DNA from: Gemmatimonadales bacterium
GTDB taxonomy: Bacteria; Gemmatimonadota; Gemmatimonadetes; Gemmatimonadales; GWC2-71-9
Assembly (NCBI GenBank): GCA_037189525.1
Contig: JBBCJC010000001.1
Coordinates: 832,001-896,000 of the forward strand
Direction: 5' to 3'
Length of the DNA stretch: 64,000 bases
The notes beneath the pieces were generated by a model. It was not told the origin of the DNA. It worked only from the letters and a program-made list of their open reading frames with translations, and made no database searches. Within the stretch, counting starts at the first letter, position 1; every line of letters begins with the position of its first letter. The translations under genes were made by a program, and so were the position numbers. Positions 29,280 to 38,796 of the stretch are shown piece by piece.

Positions 29280-32200
29280 TCCGCTGGGCAGCGGGCCGGC
29301 CGGCCGTCATCTGGGCGCTGGGTGCCGCGCTGATCCTCGCCGGTGGCGTGGCGTTCACCAAGCTGCCGTTGGCGACGCGCACCGCTGTCGAACTGCCGCG
29401 GCTGAGCGTCACGGCGTCGTGGTTCGGCGCATCGCCGGAACTGGTCGAGAGCTACGTCACCTCACCGATCGAAGAAGTCATCCAGGGCGTCCGTGGCGTC
29501 AAGAAAGTGTCGAGCCGGTCGGCTGACGCGACGTCATCTCTGACCGTTGAGCTGGAGCCCAAGACCGACGTTACGCTGGCTCGTCTCGAGATCAACGAGC
29601 GGCTCGAACTGTTACGGAGCCGTTTTCCAATCGGCGTCGTCGGTCCCTCGGTTGCGAACTATGCCCCGGAGGAGCTCGAAGAGCAGCCGCTCCTCACTTA
29701 CTCGATCATCGGACCGTACACCGCCGGTACGCTCACCAAGATCACCCGCGATCAGGTGATTCCGCGGATTACCGCCGTTCCGGGCGTGGCCGGCGTCGAA
29801 TTGTCCGGAACGGCCGAGCCCGGAGTTGCGGTGGTGTACGAGCCGCTCCGTCTCCGGCAGCTGGGCATCAACCCGACGCTGCTCCGCCAGGCGATTGCCA
29901 GCGCGCGGGCGGTAGAGGCACTCGGCCGCGAGCGCCGCGGGGCCAATGTGGTGACCGTCGCGCTCCGCGACCAGCCGCGCGCGCTGGAGGATCTCGGGCA
30001 ACTGGTGGTCCGAGCACCGAGCGGGCGGGTTTTTCGTCTGGATGAGATTGCCACGATCCGGCCGGACGAAGACAACCGCGGAGCTTTTGCGCGCATCAAC
30101 GGGGTTCCGACCGTGACGCTGCAGTTGTCGCGCCTGGCAGGGGCGGACGCCATCCGGACCGCGGCCACGATCAAAACGACGATGGAGGAGATTCGGCGTA
30201 TCCTCCCGGAGGGCGTCACCTTTCGCATCGAGAATGACGAGAGCCAGGACCTCCAGGATCAGCTCAACGACCTGCTGCTCCGGGGCGCCATCGCCTTTGC
30301 CGCGGTGATGCTGGTGCTCGCGGTGATGCTGCGCAACTTCACTTCGGTCTGGCTGGTGATGGGCAGCGCCGCCGTTGCCATCGCGGGCACGGCGCTCGGT
30401 CTCTACATCCTCGACATTCCGGCCAATCTGCTCACGCTGGCCGGGCTCGCCATGGGCATCGGCGTACTGGTACAGAACGGGCTCGTCGTGGTGGAGCGTC
30501 TCCGCCACGCTCCGGATACGCCGGAGGGACGCGCCGAGGCCGGGCGAAGGATCACGCCGGCGGTGATCGGCGCGAGCCTGACGACAGCGGTGGTCCTGCT
30601 GCCGTTCCTCTACCTGCAGGGGAACGCCCGCGCCGCCTTCCTGCCGTTTGCCGCGGCCTTCCTGCTGGCGCTCGCCTGGTCGGTCGTGAGCGCCATCGTC
30701 ATGATCCCCGCGGTAGGCTCCGGCCACGGGATGCAGCGCACGACCTATCGCCGCACCGTGCGCTGGTATACCCGGAGCGTGATCGGCACGGTGCGCTGGC
30801 GTCCGATTACCATCGTCCTGGCGCTGACTGCGCTCGGTACGCTGACCTGGGGCTTCATCAAGCAGGTACCGAAGAGTTCGTTCGGCAACTGGTACGGCCA
30901 GCGCTCCGAACTGTTCGTCGGGATCACCTTCCCTCACGGCTCCGATCCGCAAAGCGTCGACCGCGCTATGCGGGAGTTCGAACGGATTGCGGTTGGCCGG
31001 CACGGTGTCGACCGGGTCGAGGCCGTCGGATTTCCGATGTTCGGGCGCCTTCGCGTCACCTTCACGCGAGATGAGAGCTACGGCATCATCCCGGCGCTGA
31101 TGGAAGAAGAGATGACCCAGCGGGCCGTCTTCATCGGCGGCGCATCGATCAGTGTGCGCGGCCGAGGACCGGGCTTCTTCAGCGGCGGCGGGGGCTCGTC
31201 GGTGGCGTTCCGTATCAAGCTGCTGGGCTATTCCTTCTCGGGCGTCGAGCAACTGGCGCGCGACCTGCAGACCCGGCTCGAGCGGATTCCCCGGGTACGC
31301 GACGTCAACATCAACGCCGGCACCTTCTTCCGCGCCGAGCGGGCGGTGAGTGTCACGCTCGAACCCGATCGCCCTGCCCTGGCCCGTTCCGGCATGACGG
31401 CCACGGAGTTCCGCCAGGCCGTTGCCCGGGAAGTCCAGGGCGCCAGCGGCGGAGACCGCCTGGAGCTTGGCGGCGATGAGGTCACCGTCAACGTCAAAGC
31501 GCGTGGCGCACAGGAACGGGCGCTCGACGAACTCCGCGATGCAATCGTGCCAAACGATACCCGGTCCCCGGTGCGCATCGGCGACCTCTCACTCGTCTCG
31601 GAGCGCGAGGGGTTGAGCGCGATCAACCGCGAAGACCAGCAGTATGTCCGGATCGTGAGTTACGATTTCCGCGGCCCGCCCCGCCTGGCGCAGCGGACCC
31701 ACGAGTCGTTCATGAACTCGATCAGCGTTCCCGCCGGATACACGGTCGACGACGAGCGGTTCGAATGGGCTGAAGACGACAGTACCAAGGGTCTCTGGCT
31801 CGTATTGGCACTCGGCCTCACGCTGGTGGTGCTGTCGGTGGCGTTCGTGTTCAATTCGACCTGGGCCGCGTTGCTGGTCTTTGCGAGTCTGCCGCTGGCG
31901 TTAGGCGGTGTGGCTGCCATCTTCTGGGCCACCGGAACGGCATTCGGGCGCGAGGCGGCGGTGGGTGTCATCCTGGTGATCGGTCTGGCGACCAACCAGG
32001 CCATTCTCCTGATCGACGGCGCCCTGGAACGCCGCGATCGCGCCAAGACAGCCGGACGACGGCTCAGCGCCGCCGATATCGTCTACGCCGCTCGCGACCG
32101 CTCGGCCATGATCATGCTGGTGACCCTGACGACGATGGCAAGCCTGATCCCGCTGGCCGTCGGGACCGAGGTCGATAGCCTGTTCGGATCGATTGCGCTG

Positions 32201-32359
32201 GCCACGGCGGGAGGAACGATCACGGGCACGATCGGCGCGCTCTGGATCCTGCCGGCCATGCTGCTTGGCAAGCGGACATCCCCGAAACGGCGCAAGCAGA
32301 AGAAGGGGAAGCCCACCGATGTCGCGCCCGCGCCCCGGATGGAAGGAGGGTCGGCATGA
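29276..32359 (+). CDS. RND efflux permease subunit 2 (degenerate proton-relay motifs)
   Basis: ATG 29276 overlaps the previous stop; GASPELVESYVTSPIE; TM4 reads VQNGLVV. Confidence 0.9.
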   Translation: MIRWAAGRPAVIWALGAALILAGGVAFTKLPLATRTAVELPRLSVTASWFGASPELVESYVTSPIEEVIQGVRGVKKVSSRSADATSSLTVELEPKTDVTLARLEINERLELLRSRFPIGVVGPSVANYAPEELEEQPLLTYSIIGPYTAGTLTKITRDQVIPRITAVPGVAGVELSGTAEPGVAVVYEPLRLRQLGINPTLLRQAIASARAVEALGRERRGANVVTVALRDQPRALEDLGQLVVRAPSGRVFRLDEIATIRPDEDNRGAFARINGVPTVTLQLSRLAGADAIRTAATIKTTMEEIRRILPEGVTFRIENDESQDLQDQLNDLLLRGAIAFAAVMLVLAVMLRNFTSVWLVMGSAAVAIAGTALGLYILDIPANLLTLAGLAMGIGVLVQNGLVVVERLRHAPDTPEGRAEAGRRITPAVIGASLTTAVVLLPFLYLQGNARAAFLPFAAAFLLALAWSVVSAIVMIPAVGSGHGMQRTTYRRTVRWYTRSVIGTVRWRPITIVLALTALGTLTWGFIKQVPKSSFGNWYGQRSELFVGITFPHGSDPQSVDRAMREFERIAVGRHGVDRVEAVGFPMFGRLRVTFTRDESYGIIPALMEEEMTQRAVFIGGASISVRGRGPGFFSGGGGSSVAFRIKLLGYSFSGVEQLARDLQTRLERIPRVRDVNINAGTFFRAERAVSVTLEPDRPALARSGMTATEFRQAVAREVQGASGGDRLELGGDEVTVNVKARGAQERALDELRDAIVPNDTRSPVRIGDLSLVSEREGLSAINREDQQYVRIVSYDFRGPPRLAQRTHESFMNSISVPAGYTVDDERFEWAEDDSTKGLWLVLALGLTLVVLSVAFVFNSTWAALLVFASLPLALGGVAAIFWATGTAFGREAAVGVILVIGLATNQAILLIDGALERRDRAKTAGRRLSAADIVYAARDRSAMIMLVTLTTMASLIPLAVGTEVDSLFGSIALATAGGTITGTIGALWILPAMLLGKRTSPKRRKQKKGKPTDVAPAPRMEGGSA

Positions 32360-32407
32360 GATGTCATGCCGACCCGAAGAGGTACTGCAGAGAAGTGGCA
32401 GGTCCGG

Positions 32408-32503
32408 CTAGTCGCCGGAGGCAGTGCGGTATCCAACCATTACACCGTTGACGTAGTCGGCTTCGAGCACTCCATCACGCCAGCGGTACTTCTTCGTCGT
32501 CAT
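32408..32503 (-). CDS. Candidate 31-aa small protein MTTKKYRWRDGVLEADYVNGVMVGYRTASGD
   Basis: Translated by hand; GAGGAG ~13 nt upstream; fills the intergenic gap; below the ORF-track length cutoff. Confidence 0.4.
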   Translation of the reverse strand: MTTKKYRWRDGVLEADYVNGVMVGYRTASGD

Positions 32504-32566
32504 CGGCCCGGCCGTGCTCCTCGTCGGTCGGGCATAGCGTATTCCATGCCCCGCTACATCTCAGTT

Positions 32567-34840
32567 TTAGTTCCAGGGCAACGGCCGCTGCTCGAAGACG
32601 ATCGACGCCGCGGTGTTTCGGACCGCCGGAGCGGTCGTCGCATCGTTGCCAAGCTGGCCCACATCATTGCGGCCCCAGCAGTAGGTGGTCAGGCGATCGC
32701 GTGAGATCGCGCAAGTATGCGCGCCGCTCCCGGTCCCGATACCTGCGGCCGCCACTTCCTTCAGCTTGAGCGTCTCAACCGCCCTGACCGGCAGGCTCGA
32801 TCCGTTGGCCATCGGGTTGCCGAGCTGGCCGCTGGTATTGGTGCCCCAGCAGTACGCGTCGCCCATGGTCGTCACGCCGCAGGAGTGGTTGGCGCCCGAC
32901 GAGATCATCTCGAAAATGTGTCCCCCAGCGACGGCTTGCGGACTCGAGTACTCGGTGCCGTTGCCGATGCCCAGCTTGCCGCTGTTGCTGCCCCAGCAGT
33001 AGCCGGCGCCGCCGGTCGTTACCGCGCAGGTGAACTGATTACCCAGGTCGACCGATGCGAAGGCATGCCCGCCGACGACCAGGTTGGGAAGCGCGATGAA
33101 GGTGTTACCGAAGCTGATCTTGCCGCCATCGCCGAGCTGGCCGATGCTGTTGGCGCCCCAGCAGTAGGTCGAACCCGAGGTGGCGACACCGCAGACCGCG
33201 CCGGACCCGGCAGCAATCGACCGGAAGGTGAGGCTCGTCGCTACGGCAACCGGTACACTCGACGCCGTGCTGTTCCCGGTGCCGAGCTGGCGCCAATCAT
33301 TGTGCCCCCAGCAGAAGGCCTTGCCCGCGGCGTCGATGGCGCAGGAGTGATCGCTCCCGGTCGCGATGTCGACGAACAGGTGTCCGCCTTCGACCCGGAG
33401 CGGGATGTAGCTGCCGCTGACGATCGAGCCGGCGCCGAGCTGGCCCCATGCGTTGGTGCCCCAGCAGAAGGCTTCGCCGTCGATCGTGATGCCGCAGCTG
33501 GTACGTGCGTAGGTCGAGATCTTGGCGTACTTGCGTCCGCCCGGCAGCTGGATCGGCCGGCTGCTGAACTCGTTCTCCCCCAGCGCCGGGCTGCCGATCC
33601 GGCCCTGGTCGCCATTCAGACCCCAGCACCAGACGATGCCGCCGCTGGCGATATTGCAGGCGTGCATGGTGCCGACCGCCACCGAGTAGTACTTGATCAC
33701 AATGACGCGAGTGGCCGTCGCAACGATGCCTTCGCTGGTGGCCGTGACCGTCACGGTACCGCGATCGCGACCCAGGATCGTCCACTGCTGCGCGCCGGGC
33801 CCGGTGATCTGGGCGGATGCGATGGCAGGATCGGACGAGGTCCAGGTAACCTCACGACCCGTCAGCACTCGGCCTTTGGCATCCCGCAACACGGCCACCA
33901 GGTTCGGCTGGGTCCACGCTTCGACCGTATCGAGCGCGTGCTGAATGGTCACCGTCGCCACCGGCGCGATCACCGTCACGGCCACGTTGTCGCTCTTGCC
34001 TGCCGAGGTGGCGGAAATCGTCGCAGTACCCGATTCCACGGCGGTCACGAGACCGGTGGCGGCATCGACCGTCGCGACGGCCGGGTTGCTGCTGGCCCAC
34101 GTCATGGCCGATCCGGCAATCGGGACGCCGCGGTCATCGCGGGCCACAGCCGTAAACGTCGTATCGGCGCCGAGCTTGAGCGTCAACGCATCGGCCGCGA
34201 TGTCGACCGCGGCAACCGCGCGCGGCACGACCGTCACGGTCGTCGTCGCCGTCTTCCCTTCGACCTGGGCCGTAATGGTCGCTTCGCCGAGCGCGAGCGC
34301 CGTCACGACGCCGGTTTCGGCCTGCACCCGCACCGTTGTCGGTGCGCTGCTGCTCCAGCTTACCGGCCGGTCGAGCACGGTCCCGTTTGCCGCCGTCACG
34401 ACGGACACGAGTGCGCTGTCCCGGCTGTGCTGAAGGGTGAGCACAGCTGGCGTAATGGTGACAGCCGCGACGGGCACATTGCTCACGTTGATGGCCATGC
34501 TGGCCGTCTTGCCCTCCGACGTGGCCGTGATCGTGGCGTTACCAGGCGCCACGCCGTTGACCATTCCGGCGGCGGACACCGTGGCCACCGCGGAGGAGGA
34601 GGTCGACCACACAACGATCCGGCCCGTCAGCAGCTGCCCGTCGGCGCCGCGCGTTGCGGCCGTGAACTGGGCAGCCTGCCCCACCAGCAGGTCGGATGCG
34701 CCTGCTACATCGACCTGCGCAACCGGCGCCGGCGCCGGCGGCGGCGGAGGATTCGGAGTCGGGTTGGTGCCGCTCTCGCCGCAGGCGGCGAGCACCAGGG
34801 CGAGCACACCGGCTCGCCACGAACGATGCAGAGTAGACAT
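32567..34840 (-). CDS. Lipoprotein with Ig-like (Big_2) repeats and RCC1/BLIP-II repeats
   Basis: LAAC lipobox; Pro linker; four W.SS.P.VA.V-type repeats; repeated H(S/T)C....G.A.CWG.N..GQLG. Confidence 0.9.
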   Translation of the reverse strand: MSTLHRSWRAGVLALVLAACGESGTNPTPNPPPPPAPAPVAQVDVAGASDLLVGQAAQFTAATRGADGQLLTGRIVVWSTSSSAVATVSAAGMVNGVAPGNATITATSEGKTASMAINVSNVPVAAVTITPAVLTLQHSRDSALVSVVTAANGTVLDRPVSWSSSAPTTVRVQAETGVVTALALGEATITAQVEGKTATTTVTVVPRAVAAVDIAADALTLKLGADTTFTAVARDDRGVPIAGSAMTWASSNPAVATVDAATGLVTAVESGTATISATSAGKSDNVAVTVIAPVATVTIQHALDTVEAWTQPNLVAVLRDAKGRVLTGREVTWTSSDPAIASAQITGPGAQQWTILGRDRGTVTVTATSEGIVATATRVIVIKYYSVAVGTMHACNIASGGIVWCWGLNGDQGRIGSPALGENEFSSRPIQLPGGRKYAKISTYARTSCGITIDGEAFCWGTNAWGQLGAGSIVSGSYIPLRVEGGHLFVDIATGSDHSCAIDAAGKAFCWGHNDWRQLGTGNSTASSVPVAVATSLTFRSIAAGSGAVCGVATSGSTYCWGANSIGQLGDGGKISFGNTFIALPNLVVGGHAFASVDLGNQFTCAVTTGGAGYCWGSNSGKLGIGNGTEYSSPQAVAGGHIFEMISSGANHSCGVTTMGDAYCWGTNTSGQLGNPMANGSSLPVRAVETLKLKEVAAAGIGTGSGAHTCAISRDRLTTYCWGRNDVGQLGNDATTAPAVRNTAASIVFEQRPLPWN

Positions 34841-34872
34841 GATTCCGGTTCCTTGACCAGAGTGTGATGAAG

Positions 34873-35649
34873 TCAGTTGCGGTGAACGAGGTTGACCAGG
34901 GCGATCTCATATCGCCGGGTTGCCTCGATGTAACGAACGGCGTAAGCCTTCGGATACGGCCCGGACGGGGTGTACCGTTGCGCCGTCGGAATCTCGAAGA
35001 CGGCGTTAGGCTTGGTTTCCAGAAATGCTTTGGTGATCATCGGCTCGACGAAGATCATCTTCCCGTCATACGAGCCGTAGATGAAGGTCCGCGAGAAGAT
35101 CTGGCCGTTGAGCTCGGGCGACGTCGGATCGACCCAGTGCACACCCATCATCGGCACCGCCGCCGGGTCGGGCGCGATGTAGCCGGCCGGAATGAACTCG
35201 GCGGTGGGGAAATTGGCCGCCTTGGTGGCAAAGGCCGGATCGCTGGGCAGAATCTGCTTCCGCTCCGCATCCGGGATAGTGTAGAAATGGAAGTCGAAGT
35301 GCGACCGGTTATAGATACCGTCCGGCTCGTGGCCGAAGGCGTTCCAGTCGACCGTGACGTGCTTGAACGGCGTCGGATGGTTCGCCGGCATGGCGAGGAC
35401 GTACTCGTACATGCCGTGCCCGTCGCTGGGAAGACCGTTCAGCGCGGACTCCGTCAGCTCGATCCCGATCTCGACCGCCTCGTCATTGTCGAGCGTGACA
35501 TAGGTACGCGCCGTGCCCTGGCCGATGGACACTTCGGGACCGAACCGCCGCGCGTCACGAACGCCATCGGTGGGACCATCGCTGCAGCCGACCAGCGCGG
35601 CCGACAACACCAACATCATTGCCTGAGAAACTCGACCAACGTTCGACAT
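34873..35649 (-). CDS. His-rich lipoprotein (DUF5602/TTHB210-like)
   Basis: GGAG RBS and ATG 35649; LVGC lipobox; WNAFGHEP..Y..SHFDFHFY, PMMGVHW, FIYGSYDG..IFVEPMIT. Confidence 0.75.
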   Translation of the reverse strand: MSNVGRVSQAMMLVLSAALVGCSDGPTDGVRDARRFGPEVSIGQGTARTYVTLDNDEAVEIGIELTESALNGLPSDGHGMYEYVLAMPANHPTPFKHVTVDWNAFGHEPDGIYNRSHFDFHFYTIPDAERKQILPSDPAFATKAANFPTAEFIPAGYIAPDPAAVPMMGVHWVDPTSPELNGQIFSRTFIYGSYDGKMIFVEPMITKAFLETKPNAVFEIPTAQRYTPSGPYPKAYAVRYIEATRRYEIALVNLVHRN

Positions 35650-35692
35650 GGGACGGCTCCTGATTTTCGTTGACATCGCTTTGGACGATGCC

Positions 35693-35778
35693 AACCTAGG
35701 AGGCCGACCTTACCGCACGATTACCGGCGCCGAGCGACCGGACTTACCGGAGGATGGCTTGGATTACGGCTGCTTACG
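35693..35778 (-). promoter_or_regulatory. Direct-repeat promoter GGTAAT-N5-GGTAAG-N10-TAGGTT plus upstream boxes
   Basis: + strand CTTACC 35709, ATTACC 35720, CTTACC 35743, ATTACG 35763, CTTACG 35773; -10 at 35693-35698. Confidence 0.7.
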
Positions 35779-35815
35779 AGAACGCTTCCGTCCCGTTCCC
35801 AGGCGGAAAACGTCG

Positions 35816-35850
35816 AAGCCTCCGCACACCTGGGAGGGGTACGGAGGCTT
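35816..35850 (-). terminator. Hairpin downstream of the BTAD regulator
   Basis: AAGCCTCCG...CGGAGGCTT stem with a T-run a few nt later on the minus strand. Confidence 0.55.
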
Positions 35851-35882
35851 GGGCGACAAAAAAGAGCGTTACCGGCGACCGG

Positions 35883-38774
35883 TCAGACCGCCTGACCTGC
35901 CTGGATCCGGCGATACAGCTCGGTCGTTTCATCATCAGGCTCGGTCTCGAGTTCACGCTCGACCAATGCCGTCAGTTCCTGATACAGCCGCACCGCCTGC
36001 GAGCGCGCGCCGCGGCGGGCGTGCGCCGTCATCCGCAGCCGCCAGGCCGCCTCATGCAACCCATCCCGCTCGAGCAGGCGGAGGCAACTCGCCTCGACCT
36101 CCTGATACCGTTCCCGCTGGAGGAGCCACTCGGCGTATCGCAAAGCGCCGTCGACGAACAATCGTTCGATCCGATCCCGATCTTCGAGCGCCCAATCGCC
36201 GACCGACTCCCCTTCGAGGAAGGGACCGCGATAGAGGGCCAGCGCATTCTCGAGGAGCGCCGGCGCATCGGTTGCGGACCGGCGCGCCGCGGTGAGCGCC
36301 GACGACATCTGACGATCGAAGCTCGCCGCATCGAACTCGACATCGAGCGACGGCGCCAGCCGATACCGCTCCTCGATACTGACGATCCGATCGGTGCCGC
36401 CCAACGCTTTGCGAAGGCGGTGCAAGGTGACATGGAAGGCATTGCGAAGCTGCGCCGATGACGCCTCGGGCCAGAGCGCCGCACCGACCTGCTCCTTGGT
36501 CAAGCCGCGAGGATTGGTGAGCAGCAGCAACAGCAGTTCCCGGGCCCGGGCAGAGCCCCAGGCCGCCGGGTCGATCGGCTCCCCATGCAACCGGACCTCG
36601 AGGCGCCCCAGCGCGTGCACTACGAGCGGCGTGGGCGGCGCAACGGGAGGCTGCACTTCGGTAAAGACCGGCTCGACGGCAGCCGCCCTGGGCAGCATGT
36701 CCGCGGCAACCGCTTGCTGCGCGAGGGCTACGGCGGTTTCCGTCGACAGCGCCCGCCCCTCGGCCCACAGCGCAGCCAGGCGATCGCCGACGGTGGGCAG
36801 GATCGCGGCAACCGTGCGGTCGCGCAGGTCGGTTTCCTTGGGCCACATCGGATAGACCATGCGCTCACGGCCCGCCTCCGCCGCGCCGAACAGGCGGGCA
36901 GCCAACTCGGCGTGGGCCCCGACGAGACAGGCCGCCACCCCCTCGATCCCCTTGGTAATGCCCCATCCGTCGCTGATGGCCCAATGCAGAGCAAGCGATT
37001 TGCGGTAGAGCGGCAGTGCCTCGTCCAGTCGCCCGGCCACAGCCAAGGTAAGCGCCATACCGCTCAAGCCATGGCCGATGCCGCCCTGATGCCCGGTGTC
37101 GGTGGAATAGACGCTCTCGCGCCGGTGCCACTCGAGGGCCTGCTCCAGGTCATTCCGATGGTCGGCGCAGAGCGCGAGGAAATGACAACCGATGCCGGCC
37201 ATCACGGTGCGACTGTATTGCCGCGCCATGGGCACCCCGCGCTCGAGGTCATGCACGGCGGCATCGAACTCGCCCGCGATGGTATAGGCCGCGCCGCGCA
37301 TGATCAGGATGTAGGCCAGCAGCTCGCGATCTTCATCGATATCATGCGTGCTGGCGAGCGCTTCGTTCAGATAACCGAATGCCTGGTCCATCTTCGACTG
37401 CCACAACGCCAGATGACCAAAGGCTACCTGAGCCCGCACCCGCGTCACCAGCGACACCGCCGAGGGGCGTTGCAGCAGGACGGCCAGGCGCCAGATCTCC
37501 TCCGACGGGCCTCGCGACCACCAGAACCAGTGCAGCGCCCAAACCAGCCGGAAGGCGTAGCCCGGCCCCTCCTCCGATCGCAGCGACCACTCCGCCACCG
37601 CGTGGAAATTGGGCACTTCGGCCAGCAGCCGGTCGACCATTTCGCGACTGGACGGACCGCCGAAGATGGCCGGCGCCACTTCCTCCGCAATCGACAGGAA
37701 GTACTGCGCGTGGCGGCGCCGGAGGAGTTCGCTTTCGCCGGCGGCTTCGAGGTGTTCCTGCGCGTACTGGCGCACCGTCTCGAGCATCCGATAGCGCGCT
37801 TCATTGTCCGCCGACTCGAGCACGACCAGCGACTTGTCGACCAGCCCCGCCAGGAGGTCCAGGATATCGAACGAACCGAGCGGCGCCAGGCTGCCCACCA
37901 CTTCCGCCGCGTCGAGCGAAAAGTCCGCCGGGAACACGGCCAGACGCCGGAGCAGGATCTGCTCCGGTTCGCTCAAGAGCGAGTGACTCCAGTCGAACGC
38001 GGCGCGCAGCGTCCGATGTCGCGGCACCGCCGTCCTGCTACCTGCGCTCAGCAATTTGAGGGCGTTGCCCAGCCGCTCGGCGATCTGCTCGATCGACAGC
38101 ACCCGGACCCGGGCCGCTGCCAATTCGATGGCGAGCGGAATCCCATCGAGTCGCCGGCAAATGTCCTCGATGACGGCCCGATGCCGTTCCGCCGGCGTAA
38201 AATTCGGCACCACCCCGCGTGCCCGGCTGACGAAGAGCTCGACCGCTTCCGGCATGGCCAGCGGCGGCACCAGCCAGGCCGTTTCCGCCATCACACCAAG
38301 CGCCTCACGGCTGGTGGCGAGAACGACGAGGTTGGGACACTGGGCCAGCAGCCATTCGGTCATCTGGGCTGCGGCATCGATCAGATGTTCGCAATTGTCG
38401 AAGACGATCAGCAGCGACCGGTCGCCGACAGCCGCCGCAATCCGGCCGTAGGAGGTATCCGGCGTCTGCTCCGACATGCCCAGCGCCTGCACCACCTGCT
38501 GGACCATCTGATCGGCCTCGACCACTGCCAGGTCGATCCAGACGATCCCGTCCTGCCGGCCGGCCAGACGCATGGCGGCCTCCCGGGCGAGCCGGGTCTT
38601 CCCGCTGCCACCGGCGCCGGTGAGCGTGAGCAGGCGATTGGTACCGAGCAGCTCGTCGATGGCATCGAGCTCACGGGCGCGACCGACGAACTGGCTGAGC
38701 GGCGTCGGCGGCAGCCGCGGAGCAGGATCGGGAGACGGTGTCGGGATGGTCATGACAGTCGAGGCAGATAACAT
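35883..38774 (-). CDS. STAND ATPase-TPR regulator with C-terminal wHTH-BTAD (SARP-like)
   Basis: FVGR; Walker A GAGGSGKT; LLIVFDNCEH; ICRRLDGIPLAIELAAAR; C-terminal LWPE..LHRLRK, ALYRGPFL, LETEP; start 38774 or 38753. Confidence 0.9.
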   Translation of the reverse strand: MLSASTVMTIPTPSPDPAPRLPPTPLSQFVGRARELDAIDELLGTNRLLTLTGAGGSGKTRLAREAAMRLAGRQDGIVWIDLAVVEADQMVQQVVQALGMSEQTPDTSYGRIAAAVGDRSLLIVFDNCEHLIDAAAQMTEWLLAQCPNLVVLATSREALGVMAETAWLVPPLAMPEAVELFVSRARGVVPNFTPAERHRAVIEDICRRLDGIPLAIELAAARVRVLSIEQIAERLGNALKLLSAGSRTAVPRHRTLRAAFDWSHSLLSEPEQILLRRLAVFPADFSLDAAEVVGSLAPLGSFDILDLLAGLVDKSLVVLESADNEARYRMLETVRQYAQEHLEAAGESELLRRRHAQYFLSIAEEVAPAIFGGPSSREMVDRLLAEVPNFHAVAEWSLRSEEGPGYAFRLVWALHWFWWSRGPSEEIWRLAVLLQRPSAVSLVTRVRAQVAFGHLALWQSKMDQAFGYLNEALASTHDIDEDRELLAYILIMRGAAYTIAGEFDAAVHDLERGVPMARQYSRTVMAGIGCHFLALCADHRNDLEQALEWHRRESVYSTDTGHQGGIGHGLSGMALTLAVAGRLDEALPLYRKSLALHWAISDGWGITKGIEGVAACLVGAHAELAARLFGAAEAGRERMVYPMWPKETDLRDRTVAAILPTVGDRLAALWAEGRALSTETAVALAQQAVAADMLPRAAAVEPVFTEVQPPVAPPTPLVVHALGRLEVRLHGEPIDPAAWGSARARELLLLLLTNPRGLTKEQVGAALWPEASSAQLRNAFHVTLHRLRKALGGTDRIVSIEERYRLAPSLDVEFDAASFDRQMSSALTAARRSATDAPALLENALALYRGPFLEGESVGDWALEDRDRIERLFVDGALRYAEWLLQRERYQEVEASCLRLLERDGLHEAAWRLRMTAHARRGARSQAVRLYQELTALVERELETEPDDETTELYRRIQAGQAV

Positions 38775-38796
38775 ATCGTATGTCTCGGCCGGCCGC

